A stretch of DNA of 64,000 nucleotides from Eledone cirrhosa (lineage: Eukaryota): contig OZ024741.1 of assembly GCA_964016885.1 (NCBI GenBank), positions 317,812,001-317,876,000 of the forward strand, read 5' to 3'. The translations under genes and the position numbers were made by a program. Numbering within the stretch: position 1 is the stretch's first letter; each line of letters starts with the position of its first letter. This document shows, piece after piece, positions 27,914-41,732 of this stretch. The notes under the pieces are model-generated. The model was not told the DNA's origin. It searched no databases and worked only from the letters and a program-made list of their open reading frames with translations.

Positions 27914-30132
27914 TTACCCACTCTACTACCCTAAGTATTGAGTACTTTGGTGCGTTATGGTCCACCTGGTTCCTTACCACATTTCCTTCGTTATATATAT
28001 ATATATATACGTATATATATAAAAGCAGGGAAAAGCGGACGTAAAATGATGATGATGATATATATATGTGTGTGTATATATATATATATATTAATTAAAA
28101 GACAAATTACATAATGATATATTTATTGCTCCGAGAAGAATGGAAGAGGTAAACTATAAGAGAGAAAAGCTTTCAAAAATATATTTCGGTGTGGATGTTT
28201 AAAAGTTGTCTATGATAGATTGCCCGGCTTTGTGTCTGTAGCTGATCTTCCAAAAAAGTCATTTTTTTCAACTTGAGGTGAAAATAATCACAGATATTAT
28301 TTAACTAAAATGAAAAGAAAAAAGAAGAAAAATTAAGGCAAAAAGAAAATTGCATTTCTAAGTACTTATAATTATATAAATATATATATATGTGTGTGTG
28401 TGTATTTTTAAAGAATTCATTGATGAAAGAAAGTCTGTCTATATATTGAACGAATTACGATGAATTCCGCCAACTCCCTATTCATTGTTTAGTGGACGGA
28501 TACAAAGTGAGGGATCCAAAGCAAGTTTTCCCTCAACGATCACCACTGAATTCCAATGTCATCATCTCATGGAAACATAGACTTCGTTGAAGCTAGAGGT
28601 GGGTGTCCAATTCATTTCTTTCTTTTATAAAACATCAAATGGAACGGTTTTTCTCTCCCTTTTCACGCTGTTATTTCTTTCTTCTTCATTCGTTTGTCTT
28701 TTATATATATATATATATTTTATTTATATTTATATATTTTTCAATGTGGAGAGATTTCTGTTTATAATGAAATGTAGTGTATAAGATGGTGGGGAGAAAG
28801 AATAAGGAGAAATGCAAGTCTAATTATGTATGAATGTTATCGATGCTGCTTACTCGTTCGTTTGACTTCTCTCTCATCTCCTCTTTCCTTACGATTCTCT
28901 TTTATATATGCACAAACATTACCGCCTCTTCCTCCACCTTCCTTTTCTTACTATATATATATTTTTTTCTTTTTTAATCTCCTAATGTGATTGTTTATTT
29001 CTTATTCTTTCCCATTCGGATTAAAACATTGGCTCACGTTTATGGTGCTTTTGCTGAAGATTATGTCTGCAATTATTATTACGATTGATGGCTGTACCTT
29101 TGTAAATATATATATATATATATATATATAGATATTTATTTTAAAATGATAAACCAAGTCATATTTTCAGAAAATATATAAATAAATATATCAATCATTT
29201 TATCTTTATTTTGATTTAGATTGGAAATAATTTCTACGGCTTTTGCTCTTGCAAGCAATGGCCAGCTAGGCTTATTTCATCTGTCTGTGCGTCACATACA
29301 CACACACAAACCATGTCTGGGTTGACCGCATATTTTTTATCTTGATGTGCTTTTCTTGTGGTTAGTTGCAGGGTCATTAATTAATATATATCGATAAGAA
29401 GGGGCAATAAAATCTATCACTCCCCTCTCTATACATCGATAAATTTCTACAAATTTAATACAATTTTATTTCCATAAACCATGTTTGGGATAACTATAAA
29501 TATGTTCAGCCCATCTATGGCTTGAAGTGCTTTCCTTGCATGTGAGTTGCAGGGTCTATCTATAATTAACATATTACGGTAAATAGGGATAAAAAATACA
29601 TATCACTTCCCCCTCTTACACATCGATAAATCTCTGTAGAAAGATTAAATACAATTTCATTCAGTTTCCTTAGAAATTAACCCCCACCCATCCAAGTAAT
29701 TATGTCATAAATTAGCCGTCCTTTAAAATGTCGAAACTCCTAAATAACAAATACAATTTTTATACTTAATGCAGTTGTCAACAAATTTAGTCTTTCTTTT
29801 TAATCATTCGAAATATATGGAACATTCTCTTTATTCCTCTAAAACATTTAAATAAAACATGAAAGGAAATGGAAATTACCAAACAGGTGGTAATATGTGG
29901 ATGCCGTTATGTCTTCGATAGGAGAACCACTACTTTATTGTAACATAATCAGTTGTTCAATACTGAAGTAATACTATTGAAGTAATGTTACTGTGTACTA
30001 TTATAACATACGACACAATGGTCGTGGGTGATGTGTATACATATATACATACATACATACATACATATCCATACATTCATATATACATATACATACACAC
30101 ATACCTACACATACACGCGCACACACACATAC

Positions 30133-30163
<31 letters not shown>

Positions 30164-30879
30164 AATATGTATATTATTAGTCAATTAAATTTCAACACAG
30201 CTGTCGTACTAATACTAATCTGTGTGTGTGTATGTGCACCGTCTATTCTCGTGGATAAGTCGCACTGGTGGATAGGTCGCAAGCTGGTTTTTAATGAGGA
30301 AACGTGCGACTTTTATACGATTATTTGAGTGCATATCCATAAATACATACGTGTGTGTATATATATATATATATGTGTGTGTGCGCGTGTTTATATATAT
30401 ATATATATATGTGTGTGTGTGCGCGTGTTTATATATATATATATATGTGTGCGCGTGTTTATATATATATATGTGTGTGTGTATGTGTATCATCATCGTT
30501 TAACATCCATTTTCCACTATTGCATGGGTTAGACGAGTTGTCACGTTGTAAGTCAAGTCAGGTCAGGTGAGCACGTCTTGACATACGAATCTGTATTTTG
30601 GCATGGTTTCTACAGCTAGATCCCGTTCCTAACACCAATCATGTTACAGTGTAGACTGGGTGCTTTTTATCGTAGCACTAAAACCACTATCTAACTGGGT
30701 GGAGTTATCGTGTCACCAGCACGACCACCTTACAAGGTGGACTGGGCACTTGTTATAGTGTCACCGACACGATCATCTTACAGTGTGGACTGGGTGCTTT
30801 TGTCATGTCACCCGCACGTGCACCTGTAAAGGGTGGACTAAGTGTTTTTTCTCCTGTCACTAGCAAGACCCTCTTATAC

Positions 30880-30963
30880 AGTTACGACCGTTTCACAGAT
30901 GAGCGGCTCAGGATCCATATTAATGTTATAGACCTGACTCCAGCCCAATCTGCTCGTCAGACT
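30880..30963 (-). ncRNA. Type-I hammerhead ribozyme with extended stem II
   Basis: Minus: agt-CTGACGA-GCAGAT...ATCTGT-GAA-ACGGTCGT-A-act; GUA site. Confidence 0.75.
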
Positions 30964-31039
30964 TGTTAACGACAAATTTACTGAACCAGAAGAGATTGCG
31001 TTGGTATGGACATTTGATGCTTATGAAACATGGCGGCTA

Positions 31040-31646
31040 TATAATAAGGTGCAGGGCACTCAAAGTTGAAGGTAGCTATGGAGTAGGAAGACGTGGGATG
31101 AAGTGATAAAAACTAAACTTGCACAATTGCACCTCTCTAAGTTGATGACACAGGGTCAAGATCTCTGGCCTTATGCAGTTATACAGAAGACCTGCCTTCC
31201 CCTATGTACAGGCTGGAGTATGCACAACTTTCCCCTACCTTCCCCACCCACGTCCTAAACATCCCACCCTTAACCTGGTAAGTCTCCCATCCCTAGATCT
31301 ATGTCTCCTATCCCCATGCATCCCCCTCCAACCCACACTGTAAAGTGGTCGTTTTGGTGCCATGACAAAAAGAACCCAGACCACATTGTAAAGTGGTCGT
31401 TTTGGTGCCATGACAAAAAAGCACCCAGCCCACACTCTAAAGTGGTCATGTAGGTGTCATGACAAAAAGTACCCAGTCCACACTGTAAATGTGGTTGGCA
31501 TTAGGAAGGGCATCCAGCCATAGAAACCAAGCCCAAATCAGTTCTATATGAGCAAGACATGGTCATTTGATCTGTCTCACAATGTGACAGCTCGTCTAAC
31601 CCACGCTAGCATGCAAAAATGGGTGTTAAACGGTGATGATGATGAT
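31040..31646 (+). mobile_element. RTE 3' end and tail ending in (GAT)n
   Basis: gtaaatgtggttggcattaggaagggcatccagc...cccacgctagcatg...gatgatgat; many other copies in the window. Confidence 0.8.
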
Positions 31647-31763
31647 TTATATATATATAAATATGTATGTATGTATGTAAAAGGTAAACAGATATAACAA
31701 CACAATCGGTACAGTATATGGAAGGTATATATTAGGTTAATGCTTGATATAGCAGGAAGAGGG

Positions 31764-31800
31764 TCTTAACGTTTCGGACACTAGTCCTTCATCAGAAGAA
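31764..31800 (-). ncRNA. Minimal type-I hammerhead ribozyme, Penelope-type
   Basis: Minus: tctt-CTGATGA-a-GGAC-tagt-GTCC-GAAACGTT-aaga. Confidence 0.85.
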
Positions 31801-32009
31801 AGAATGAGAAATAAAATAGATTAAGGGGATGGAATTGGAAAAAATGTCTTTAGATAAAAATAATAGGTCCATTCATGTTGACATCTTTTGTTAGTTAGGT
31901 GTGTAACAACAGTTACAGGCGATGTGCCGTTTGAAGCACTCAATGCTGTTACGAGGTTCATTTCGTTTGGGTTGTATTCCAGTGTTACAGCTGTAGTGTG
32001 CAGAGTGCA

Positions 32010-32524
32010 AATAGATTTAAAAGAGTCAAAGTCAGTGTTGCAGCATATGTACAAACTTTATTTGCATTAGATGTGTGGGCCCCATCACCTTGATTGTACC
32101 CTGAGCTGATCGATATCAAAACAATTGTTTTGATATCGATCAGCTCAGGGTACAATGAAGGTGATGGGGCCCACACATCTAAACTTTTAGATGTGTCTTT
32201 GCACATATAAGCTTGCATATCTGACAAGATGTCGAAAAAGAGTCGGGCCCCATCACCTTCTTTGTACTCTGAGCTGATCGATCACAAAACAATTGTAATA
32301 TGCAAATAAAGTTTGTATATATGCTGCAACACTGACTTTGACTCTTTTAAAACTATCTATCTATATATAGTTATGTAATAAACAACATAAGATAATTATT
32401 TCATTTACCAGTGGTTTCTTGAAGGCAGAACTTACATCTGTCTTCAGTCGTCAGATATAACTTCTGCCTTCAAGAAACCACTGGTAAATGAAATAATTAT
32501 ATTATGTTGTTTATTACATAACTA
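32010..32524. repeat. Nested/tandem fold-back palindromes
   Basis: Inner palindrome 32068-32181 centred on aaacaattgttt; outer arms ~32015-32067 / ~32300-32350; second palindrome ~32368-32524. Confidence 0.9.
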
Positions 32525-32583
32525 ATAAGCTCTGTAGCCTACACAGAGCACTCTTTTTTCCTGTACCTTTCCGGCGGAAATAC

Positions 32584-32626
<43 letters not shown>

Positions 32627-32822
32627 CCAGATATATACCTATTTTTTCTTCAAAGTTCTGACTGTACAATTTCGCTGGTCAGTTTGCAACAATTGCACAT
32701 TATAGATGTGCAATATTGTTGTGAGGCACACCAGCTTTTCAAGGAACTCCTCAGGGAAAGAACGCTTTCCAGAAAGAATGCTTTCCAGGGAAAGAACGCA
32801 TTCGTAGCAAGTGAGAAAGTCC

Positions 32823-33302
32823 CCTTGAGGGACCATACGAGCCACGTATGGTCCCTCAAGGACTCAGGTATAGACTACTCCATTCAATGGAAAGCCATCT
32901 CTAAGTCCAAGCCATACGCAAGGGGCAATCCGTGTTGTGGACTGTGTATAAAGGATAAATATTCTAAGGAGATTACGTAATAGCGATTACCTAAATTCAA
33001 GAAATGAAATCTTCTCACGTTGTCCACATGTCTGGAAACACCTCTTGCATAACTACAAAGCTCCGGATTGAATAACAACAACATTCTAATTTTCTAATCA
33101 ACTCAAACACCTTTTCCGGACTCTCGCAGTTATCTCCCTTATACCTTTCGCCCGTGGCTTTGTATCGCTTGGGTGAAGTGACTGTTTCTGTGCATGTGCG
33201 TTCATACAGTTGTTCTTCCTGTTCCATATAACTATGACCAGTACGAGCTGAAGATCTGCTAAGGTGTTCTTGGTATGGTGAACTAACTGTTGTGTTACCA
33301 CT
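32823..33302 (+). mobile_element. Penelope-like element 3' fragment (GIY-YIG C-terminus plus deleted hammerhead)
   Basis: SHVWSLKDSGIDYSIQWKAISKSKPYARGNPCCGLC then LNSRNE..CPH; gagCTGAAGAtctgctaaggt at ~33246 lacks gaaacaatt relative to 62675; homologous to 62312-62745. Confidence 0.8.
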
Positions 33303-33672
33303 TATATATATATATACAAAATGACAAAAGACCAAGGTTAACAACTTAAATTCATTCTTTAATTTCTATATCCATTTCAATACAGTTACAATAGTATATG
33401 CATAGCCAAACAATCGGAAATAATTAATATTCATTAACACTATACATAATACATATAACTGCATTTCTTCAGGAAATGTGAGAAGAAACAAAGTTTACCA
33501 AATTCAAAAAGTAACAAGAATAGATCTCATATGAAACATTGTTTGACAGGCAGTATTAACAGGATAAACACCGCCAGGCTAGAATAACACTGCTTTACTA
33601 ATTTTAAATTTACCGCGTGAAGTCAAATCATAGAAACCATACCAAAAGGAGTTGTGAGGACTCTTCTCTCAT

Positions 33673-33958
33673 GACTCAACCTCTCAGTTGTAATTGACAC
33701 AACAATCTCTCAGTTGTTTCAAAGCCACAACAACCTCTCGTTTATGTCAAAGTCATGACGACCTCTTATTTATGTCAAAGCTATGATAACCTCTCAGTTG
33801 TGTCAAAGATCTGACAAGCTCTCATTTGTGTCAATGACATGATAACCTCTCAGTTGTGTCAAAGACCTGACAACTTCTCATCAAAGACGTGACAGCCTCA
33901 CAATTGTATCAAGATATGACAGCCACTCAATTGTGTCAAAGATGTGATGACCTCTCTA
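33673..33958. repeat. ~28-bp minisatellite, ~10 diverged copies
   Basis: Consensus acaacctctcagttgtgtcaaagacatg. Confidence 0.85.
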
Positions 33959-35334
33959 GTTCTGCTGTCATAGTAAAATGCACACAGTAGAGTGTGGGAA
34001 TAGATTTAAGCAAGATACATCCCCCCCCCCCCCCGTCACATATCAGAGAGGTCAGTGGCTCTGTTTAAGTACTGATTTGGTCTGTGATGACCTTTCTAAC
34101 CTTTGTTAGCAGGGAAAGCAAACTGTACATGGTAATGATGATATGTGTGCGTGTGTGTGTATGTGTGTGTGTAGATATCTGTATAATGTTCTACTCCCCC
34201 TTTTCATCTCATATATACACACACACCTCTTACAACATTGGTCTTTTACCCCAACCACCTCCACCCCCTCAAGAATCCTGTCCTGTGTACCTCCTATGGC
34301 CAACAACTCCCTGAGTTCTTTATAAAGTTGCTCTTTACTGTGAATATTTAGTCACCTGAGGATTGGTAACAAGAAACTCAATGTAGTGACCAGGGCCTCC
34401 AAGAGAAATTTTGCAAGGCTGTACAAGACCCCTTTGGGGCTTGAAGCAGGCAAAGATTTTTCTCAAAATGGATGTTGCATGGTTGCTGTGGGGCCTTCTT
34501 AGCTCTTGGGCACTGGAACAAAGTACTGCCTGGACCCTCCTCTCATATGCCCCGGTAGTGACACACTAAACCTGAGTTTTGAATAAATATAATTCTATTC
34601 TACTATGGTATTCAGTATTTTTCACTGCTTTGCATTTCACTCCAGGGTAAAACCATAATCACACATACATGTATGTGTGTTTGCCTGCATCATCACATCT
34701 ACATTATATTTGTCTATGACATGAAAGCCCTATAGACAACATATCCAAAAATACATAGAACTGAACTTGAGAAATAAAAACACATAAAAAGGCTGATATA
34801 TTGAAACAACTATAAGGAATATTGAATAAATGCAACTTTGAAAAAAATCATCTTCTGCTTACTATATCATCATCATCATCATCGCTGTTTAATCTTCAGC
34901 ACACTCTAGGCACCTTATGTCGCCAGTAGAGTAATCGCCCCTTAATACTTAATTGTTTCTACTTTTGGCACAAGGCCAGCAATTAACCAGTGTATTACTG
35001 GTACTTTATTTTATCGACCCCGTAAGGATGAAAGGCAAAGTTAACCTCGGCGGGATTTGAACTCAAATCATAAAGGGAGGTGTCCGACCCTCTACCGATA
35101 CTGCCAATCCACCACCCCTTAATACATAATGCAGTGTCAAGGGAAGCAATTCATAAAAAAATTCAGTGTGTTAAAGGTTAACGTCTATTTTCCATACTTG
35201 CATGGGTTGGATGGGTTACCCTGTTATCAGGTTAGACAGGACAGTTGACCATGTCTTGCTTGTACACTCTGTTTTTAGTTAGGTTTTCTATAGCTGAATG
35301 CCCTTCCTAATGGCACCTATTTTACAGCTATATG

Positions 35335-36582
35335 TACGAGGGTGGATTGAAAAGTTCATAGGCTGACTATGAAAGAGTGATGTTAGAGCTGTGAAATCTT
35401 GCATTAATTTCAACTCTTCTTATTAGTAAATGCATTGTTCTTTTCATGTAAACTGACATGTGACTGTTCAAAGATTTCAAAAGTAACTAGTAGTAACCTC
35501 TCTTGAAAGTAGACAAAATTTGGCATTGTGGTGTCATCATGTACCTGCAGAAAAAAGGTTTAGCCCCCAAGGACATTCATGCAGACATGGTTGCTATATT
35601 AGGGGATGACAACCCAGTTTTATCAACAGTGCAAACGTGGATTGCTGAATTTAGGAGGGGAAGGGAGAGTCTTGAAGATGATTGATGGTCTGGATGTCCT
35701 GCAACTGCAACCACTGAGGAAAACATTGATTGAGTTCACCATATGGTGATGGATGACAGGTGATTGACTATAAATATAATAGCCTATGCTATTAGCATAT
35801 TCCGAGAGAGAGTTGAGAATATTCTGCACAATGAACTTGGCATGATGGAGGTTTCTGCTTGGTGGGTGCCACGTCTTCTGACACCTGATCAAAAGCGCAC
35901 CAGGCTGATCACATCACGGAAAATTTGACATTGTTTGAGGCAGATCTAGGTGGTTTCCTTGAATATTTCCTAACCCAGAATGAGTGTTGGCTTCATCAGT
36001 TTGAACCAGAGACAAAGAAGGCCAAAGTCGTTTCATCTACAGGGAAGGTTTTTGGGATGCAAAAAGCATTGTTTATTGACCATCTTCAAAAGGAGTGTAC
36101 TATGCCAGTTTATACTATCCCAGTACTCTCCATTAAGCCAGTTTGTTGAGGCAGTTACAAAAGGCTATCAAGACCAAACACCCAGGAAAACTGATGAAAA
36201 GGGTCTTATTTCATCAAGACAATACTCCAGCAAACAAGTCCTTGGTTTCAATGGCTGCTGTGCATGTCTGTGGCTTTGAACTGGTTGATCATCCTCCCTT
36301 TTCTCATGATTTTACCTAATCTGACTATCATTTCTTCCCCAACATGAAAAATCACTTGGCTGAGAGCTTGTATCACAGTGATGATGATGTCATATCTACT
36401 GTTGATGACTTTTTTTTACCAACAGAATGAAAGCTTCTTCACCAATGGGATCCAAGAACTGAAATGTAGATGGAAGAAGTGTGTGGACTGCAAAGATGAT
36501 AATGTTGAAAAATAAACCTCATTTGGTTACATTCCGTGAGAGTGTCTTGGTCAGCTTATGAACTTTCCAGTCAACCCTTGTG
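35335..36582 (+). mobile_element. Mariner transposon, degenerate transposase
   Basis: TIRs tacgagggtggattgaaaagttcataggctgac / gtcagcttatgaactttccagtcaacccttg; HTH region, WVPRLL, FHQDN, HPP..SDYHFFP. Confidence 0.92.
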
Positions 36583-37026
36583 TGCGAAGTGTGATGCTGC
36601 AGGGTAGTAAAACATGGGCAGCGGCCGCAGAAGACATGCATAGACTGCAGAGAAATGAAGCAGCCATGCTTCGTTGGATGTGCAATGTAAACATGAGAGA
36701 CAGGCAGAGCTTGAATGAACTGAGGGAGAAACTAGGTCTAAGAGGAATCCAAGGAGAGAAGACTGCATTGGTACAGATATGTGATGTGCATGGATGATGA
36801 TTGATGGGTGAAGAAGTGCCAGTGGAAGGAAGTCACAGCAGAAGTATACCAAAAAAGACCTGGGCAGAGGTGGTGAGAGCTGACCTAAAATCACTGAGAC
36901 TTACAGAGGAGATGACAAAAGAACGCCATGAGTGGAGAGATGCAGTACTGAGAAGGACTCGTCCAACCCATGCAAGTGTGGAAAAATGGATGTAGAAATG
37001 ATGATGATGATGGTGATAATGATGAT
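36583..37026 (+). mobile_element. RTE 3' fragment with (GAT)n tail
   Basis: MLQGSKTW..RNEAAMLRWMCNV..LREKLG. Confidence 0.82.
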
Positions 37027-37034
37027 GCATATAT

Positions 37035-38340
37035 AAGATTCATGATCATAGGTAAGGGTTGGTACCAATACAGAATTGAAGATAGCGAGTTTGGCTTTTA
37101 CACCTACCTCCCTTCTGATGACCAATTGCTGAAGCTGATGCGTTACTGATCCAGCACCTGCAACCCAATTCAGCCTCTTGCTGTCCATCACTCATGAACA
37201 CGGCCCTGAGATACTTGAACTTCTCCACCTGCTACAGTAGAACTCACATGTAGAATGCACAGTGCAGGCTTCCTTAAGAGGACTGGTGTTTCAATCATCA
37301 TAGCACAGATTTTCATTCTAACCATGCAGCACTTGGCTATCAAGTGAATGTCAGAGATCACCTTCTGACAAGTTGAGTAATACCATGTCACCTGCAAGTT
37401 CCAATTGACTAATCCTGCACCCTCCAGTCTCGATATCACCGCCAACTCGGCTGTTAATCCTGTTCATGAAAATTATAGACAGGAGAGATGACAGTATGCA
37501 TCCTTGGTGGGATCCATCACCTAAATTGAAAGGTTTTGATTTAGCACCATTTATCTAGATACAAATACTAGGGTATTCATATAGAGATATCAGGTAAACA
37601 AGAAGCTTTACATCAATCTTATACTCCTGTGAAACGCGGTTGTATGCGTTTTCAAGGTCTATGATACAGGCAAACACCTCTTGGCAATACGTCCATGAAT
37701 TCTTGAAGACTTGCCACAGAGTGAATATTTGGTCAGCTATGCTATGTCCGGGGTGAAAATCACACTGTCAACTAACTTGGACTTAACAATATCCCTACAT
37801 CTCTTTGCTTAACACTTAGCATAGACTTTACCTGAGAGGCATAACAAGGAAATCCCTCTATAATTAGAGCAATCTCTTTTGTCACCCTTTTTGAAAACAG
37901 ATTATCACTCCCGATTGCCATTGCTTAGATGCCTTTCCAGAGATCCAGACCCCTGGCATACCTTTGATAATTACCAAAAGAATACGATCACAAATATAAG
38001 CGGCCAAACTGGAGTTCCTCTGAAGGGTCTTTGGCATTACATTCCTTGATAGAGTGCAAGCTTAGAGATCAGGAAGTTGCCCCAGGTGGAGCCACTATTT
38101 GTTTGAATCGAGAGATCTCAACGCCAATACTAAGGATATGTGGTCAGAATGTCTCAGGAAAGAATCGCTGGACAGATTTTACGAACAAAACCAGCTGGTA
38201 GGAGACTCAGGAGTAGACTCCGACTAAGATGGTTGGATATCATCCATGAGCTTGGCTGCTACAGCTTGGGGACCCTGCCGGATCAGTTGAAGAGCGAGCT
38301 TGAGAACTCTTTCCCCAGGAATAAGTCGGCAAAGAAGAGA
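37035..38340. mobile_element. RTE-clade LINE with 5' inversion (minus 37035-37965, plus 37966-38340)
   Basis: Minus part ends VLVPTLTYDHES; plus part begins with its expected continuation IITKRIRSQI*AAKLEFL*RV. Confidence 0.8.
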
Positions 38341-39093
38341 TACTGGGATCGTTGCCCAGATTCTCTATGTGTTAAGTTTTCTTTTGGCGTTAGGAAAAAA
38401 TCAGTTGTGTGAGCAAATCATGGTCCCCTGACCTGATCTCTCACAAAGGGACAGCCCATCCTAACCATGCTAGTGTGGACATTAAACAATGATGATGATG
38501 AGGATATATATATATATATATACATATATGGTTATAAGAAGTACTGGTGTATAAGAGGCACACCCTTATTTTGAAGATAATGCATTGAAAAAAGTTACCT
38601 ATAATTTGAAGAATTAGTAAGTTATGGAACTAGTCTTTTTATGAGAAAAATATCTATATTAGTGGGAAAATAGTATACAATTCTGGCTCTTTACATTCTG
38701 ATTTCAAATTCCGTCAAGATCAACTTTGTCTTTCATTCTTTTGAGGAATGAGTCGATACAATAATGTACCAGTCAAGTACTGGAGTCGATGTAATAAAAT
38801 TTCCTCGCCCTTGTGCCCAAATTCGGCGTATAGGTCGCACGCAGATTTTCACGTTAAATTTGTAGTTTATAAAGTGCGTCTTATACGCCGAAAAAAAATC
38901 ACTCTCACACACATCCATACATACACACCTTAGGATAGTGTAAGACTTCCCTTCTCCCACTGCACGCTCACACATCACACACAAATCGCCAAAATCGCAA
39001 TGTGTTATGTAATAAATTCATACTACCCTCCCAGGCACTTAAAATGTGTTCATCTACGACTAAAATAGAGGTGGGAAGGGGGCTGTGGTAACG

Positions 39094-39267
39094 TATATAA
39101 AAGGGAAAACTAAAGGAATAAGAAAGGTATTTGTAAGGTCCCTGATACCTCTCACATCTTCCTTCCTCTTGTGAGTGAAACTAACTTTTATTCGGATCCG
39201 TTTCTCATTACTTCGAAGAAATAAAGCCGACAGATGAGAGTTGACAAAAAATTATTTCTGTGTAAGT
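39094..39267 (+). promoter_or_regulatory. Candidate TATA box and non-coding first exon of ZNF-B
   Basis: TATATAAAAG at 39094 in unique sequence; donor-like gtaagt at 39262; strong acceptor at 44267. Speculative. Confidence 0.25.
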
Positions 39268-39308
39268 GCAATATGTATGTATGTATGTATATGTATATAT
39301 ATATATAT

Positions 39309-39348
<40 letters not shown>

Positions 39349-39900
39349 ATATATATATATATAATGTATATGTTAATTTTTTGTATTAATTACGTACGTG
39401 TGTATGTCTATGAGATTAATTTAAGGTATGTGTATATATACATACATGCACACACCTTAAATTAGTCTCATGTGTGTGTGTTCATTCATTCATACTTATA
39501 GCCAAATGTATGTATGTATAACCAAATGTATGCACGCATAGACATGCATATATATATACCTAGATATACAGATTGTCAACATCTTTACTCAAAACAGACT
39601 AAATGTTGTGTGTCTTATACATATATATTTATATGTGTATATATAAATCTGTGTTTGTATTTATTCAAGCCTGTACTATTTATGTTTATAGCCAACTGTA
39701 TATATAAATACCCGATAAAGAGTGTGTATACATATATAATGTGTGTATATAAACGTATATGTGTATATATAAAAATGTGTCTGTGTGTATATTTATTCAT
39801 ACCTGTAGTATCGGTGCCTATAGCATATATTATCGATTAGACATATCTTTACTTGAGTCCTATATATATATATATATTTCTGTGTGTATATAAATATAAA

Positions 39901-39963
<63 letters not shown>

Positions 39964-41732
39964 TTATATACTTGTGTAAGTGTGTATTCATTCCTATAAT
40001 ATCGATGTCTATAGCCAACTGTATGTATGTATATACACCCAGATCTGGCATCTTTTTACTCAATAACTAAGTGTGTATATATCTACGATTATCTATCGAA
40101 GGTGTTGTGTATTATTGTCTGCATATAATGTTATATTAAAAATATAGAATCATTATTTGGATTATTAGTGTGTATAAACATATAACAACAATGAGAATGT
40201 TTTCTTACCATTTCATATCTAATAAATATAGGTACATTTAGATCATATATACAATTGATATTTGTATGTCCGTGTTGGTGTTAAATACGTCTTATGTATA
40301 AATACGTGATACAATTTATTAATATAACAATACCCGTCGATAACTCATATATTATTTACACTCCACACCCTCTATTTAACCTGCTATAACACACAATACT
40401 TCGATTTGTGTTATTATTATTATTCCAGTAGTAGCAGCACTAACAGAAGATATATGTGGGCTTTGAACTGTTAACATGTTATATATCAATTAATTACGTT
40501 TTTGTAGCTTGCTGACCTTTATTTCATTTTAGTTTGGTTATAAATCAAGCCAAGACATTCATGGCAATGCAGCGGGTGATAGCGAGACTAAGACTATGGC
40601 ATAGCCAAGCACGCTTACCGGGAGCATCATCTGATACTTGGGTAAGACGAACCACCGAAAAACGTCAATGTCAGTGGCCCAGCTCCCCCTTTCAACGTCT
40701 CGAATGTTAATAGCAAAAAAAAAAAAAAAAAGAAGAATTTGCTGATAAACCATGGTATTTTAGTAGTTTATTCTTTTTGGCTATGGATGCAGTGACACAC
40801 ACCTTCGCCATGGCAGCAGTTAATTATTTCAGCTAATCTATCCAAAATTATAATTGTCTATGATGATTATACGAAACCGAGAAGTTAGTATATAGAAGAA
40901 TCCAATACACGCATAATTATATTGGTAGGAACGATTCCCTTGGAACTAACTAGACTGGGTTAGTAAGCCTTATGTTAAACTATTTACTAGTAATGGACTA
41001 ACTAGTCAGAATTAGTAGACCTTATATTAAACTGTCTATTTCTAGTAGTGAATTAACTAGACTGGATTAGTAGGGCTTATGTTAAACCACTTTTTGCTAG
41101 TAATGTACTGAATTACTAGGCCTTAGGTTAAACCACTGTTTGCTAGTACCGTATTCGGTATAACCTCCGTTTACTGCACCCAACGCACCGACTTTCTTTC
41201 CCCATAACTTTCTTAATGAAAATCTGCAGCGATATATTTTTAAAAGTGTATATTATGATTATATTGATGAAATTTAAAAGAAAGGTTTATTATTCATAGA
41301 TGTAGAAATGATATTACGCTCCTGTATAAAATCTATGACATTATCTTGATGGATAATTATTTATTAACAAGAAAATTTTCAAGTTTATGCTTATTCTACT
41401 ACAAACAGGAATTGAAAGTATTCAGTATATGAAAACATTAACGAATGAAACTATATACAATAATGAAAGTATCTTTTAAAAAGTAAATTTTTTTTTAATT
41501 TCATCAGCCTAATGGTAATCTATAGCATCGAAAACGTATCTTCGCAATTTTTTTTTATACATGCATTATTAGGAAAGTTATGAAGAAATAAAATCTGAAT
41601 GCCTTAAACTGTAGTTATGTTCCAGAACACAGACCTGCCAACCTCTAAAAACCCCAACGGGAGTACTATGAATAAAAGTGCCCCAAAACGGGAGAAATAA
41701 GGCAAAATAGGGAGATTTTACATAAATCTAGA

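Noticed and set aside
33673-33958. Possible CRISPR or coding repeat
   Set aside because: Diverged 28-bp tandem units without spacers or an open frame.
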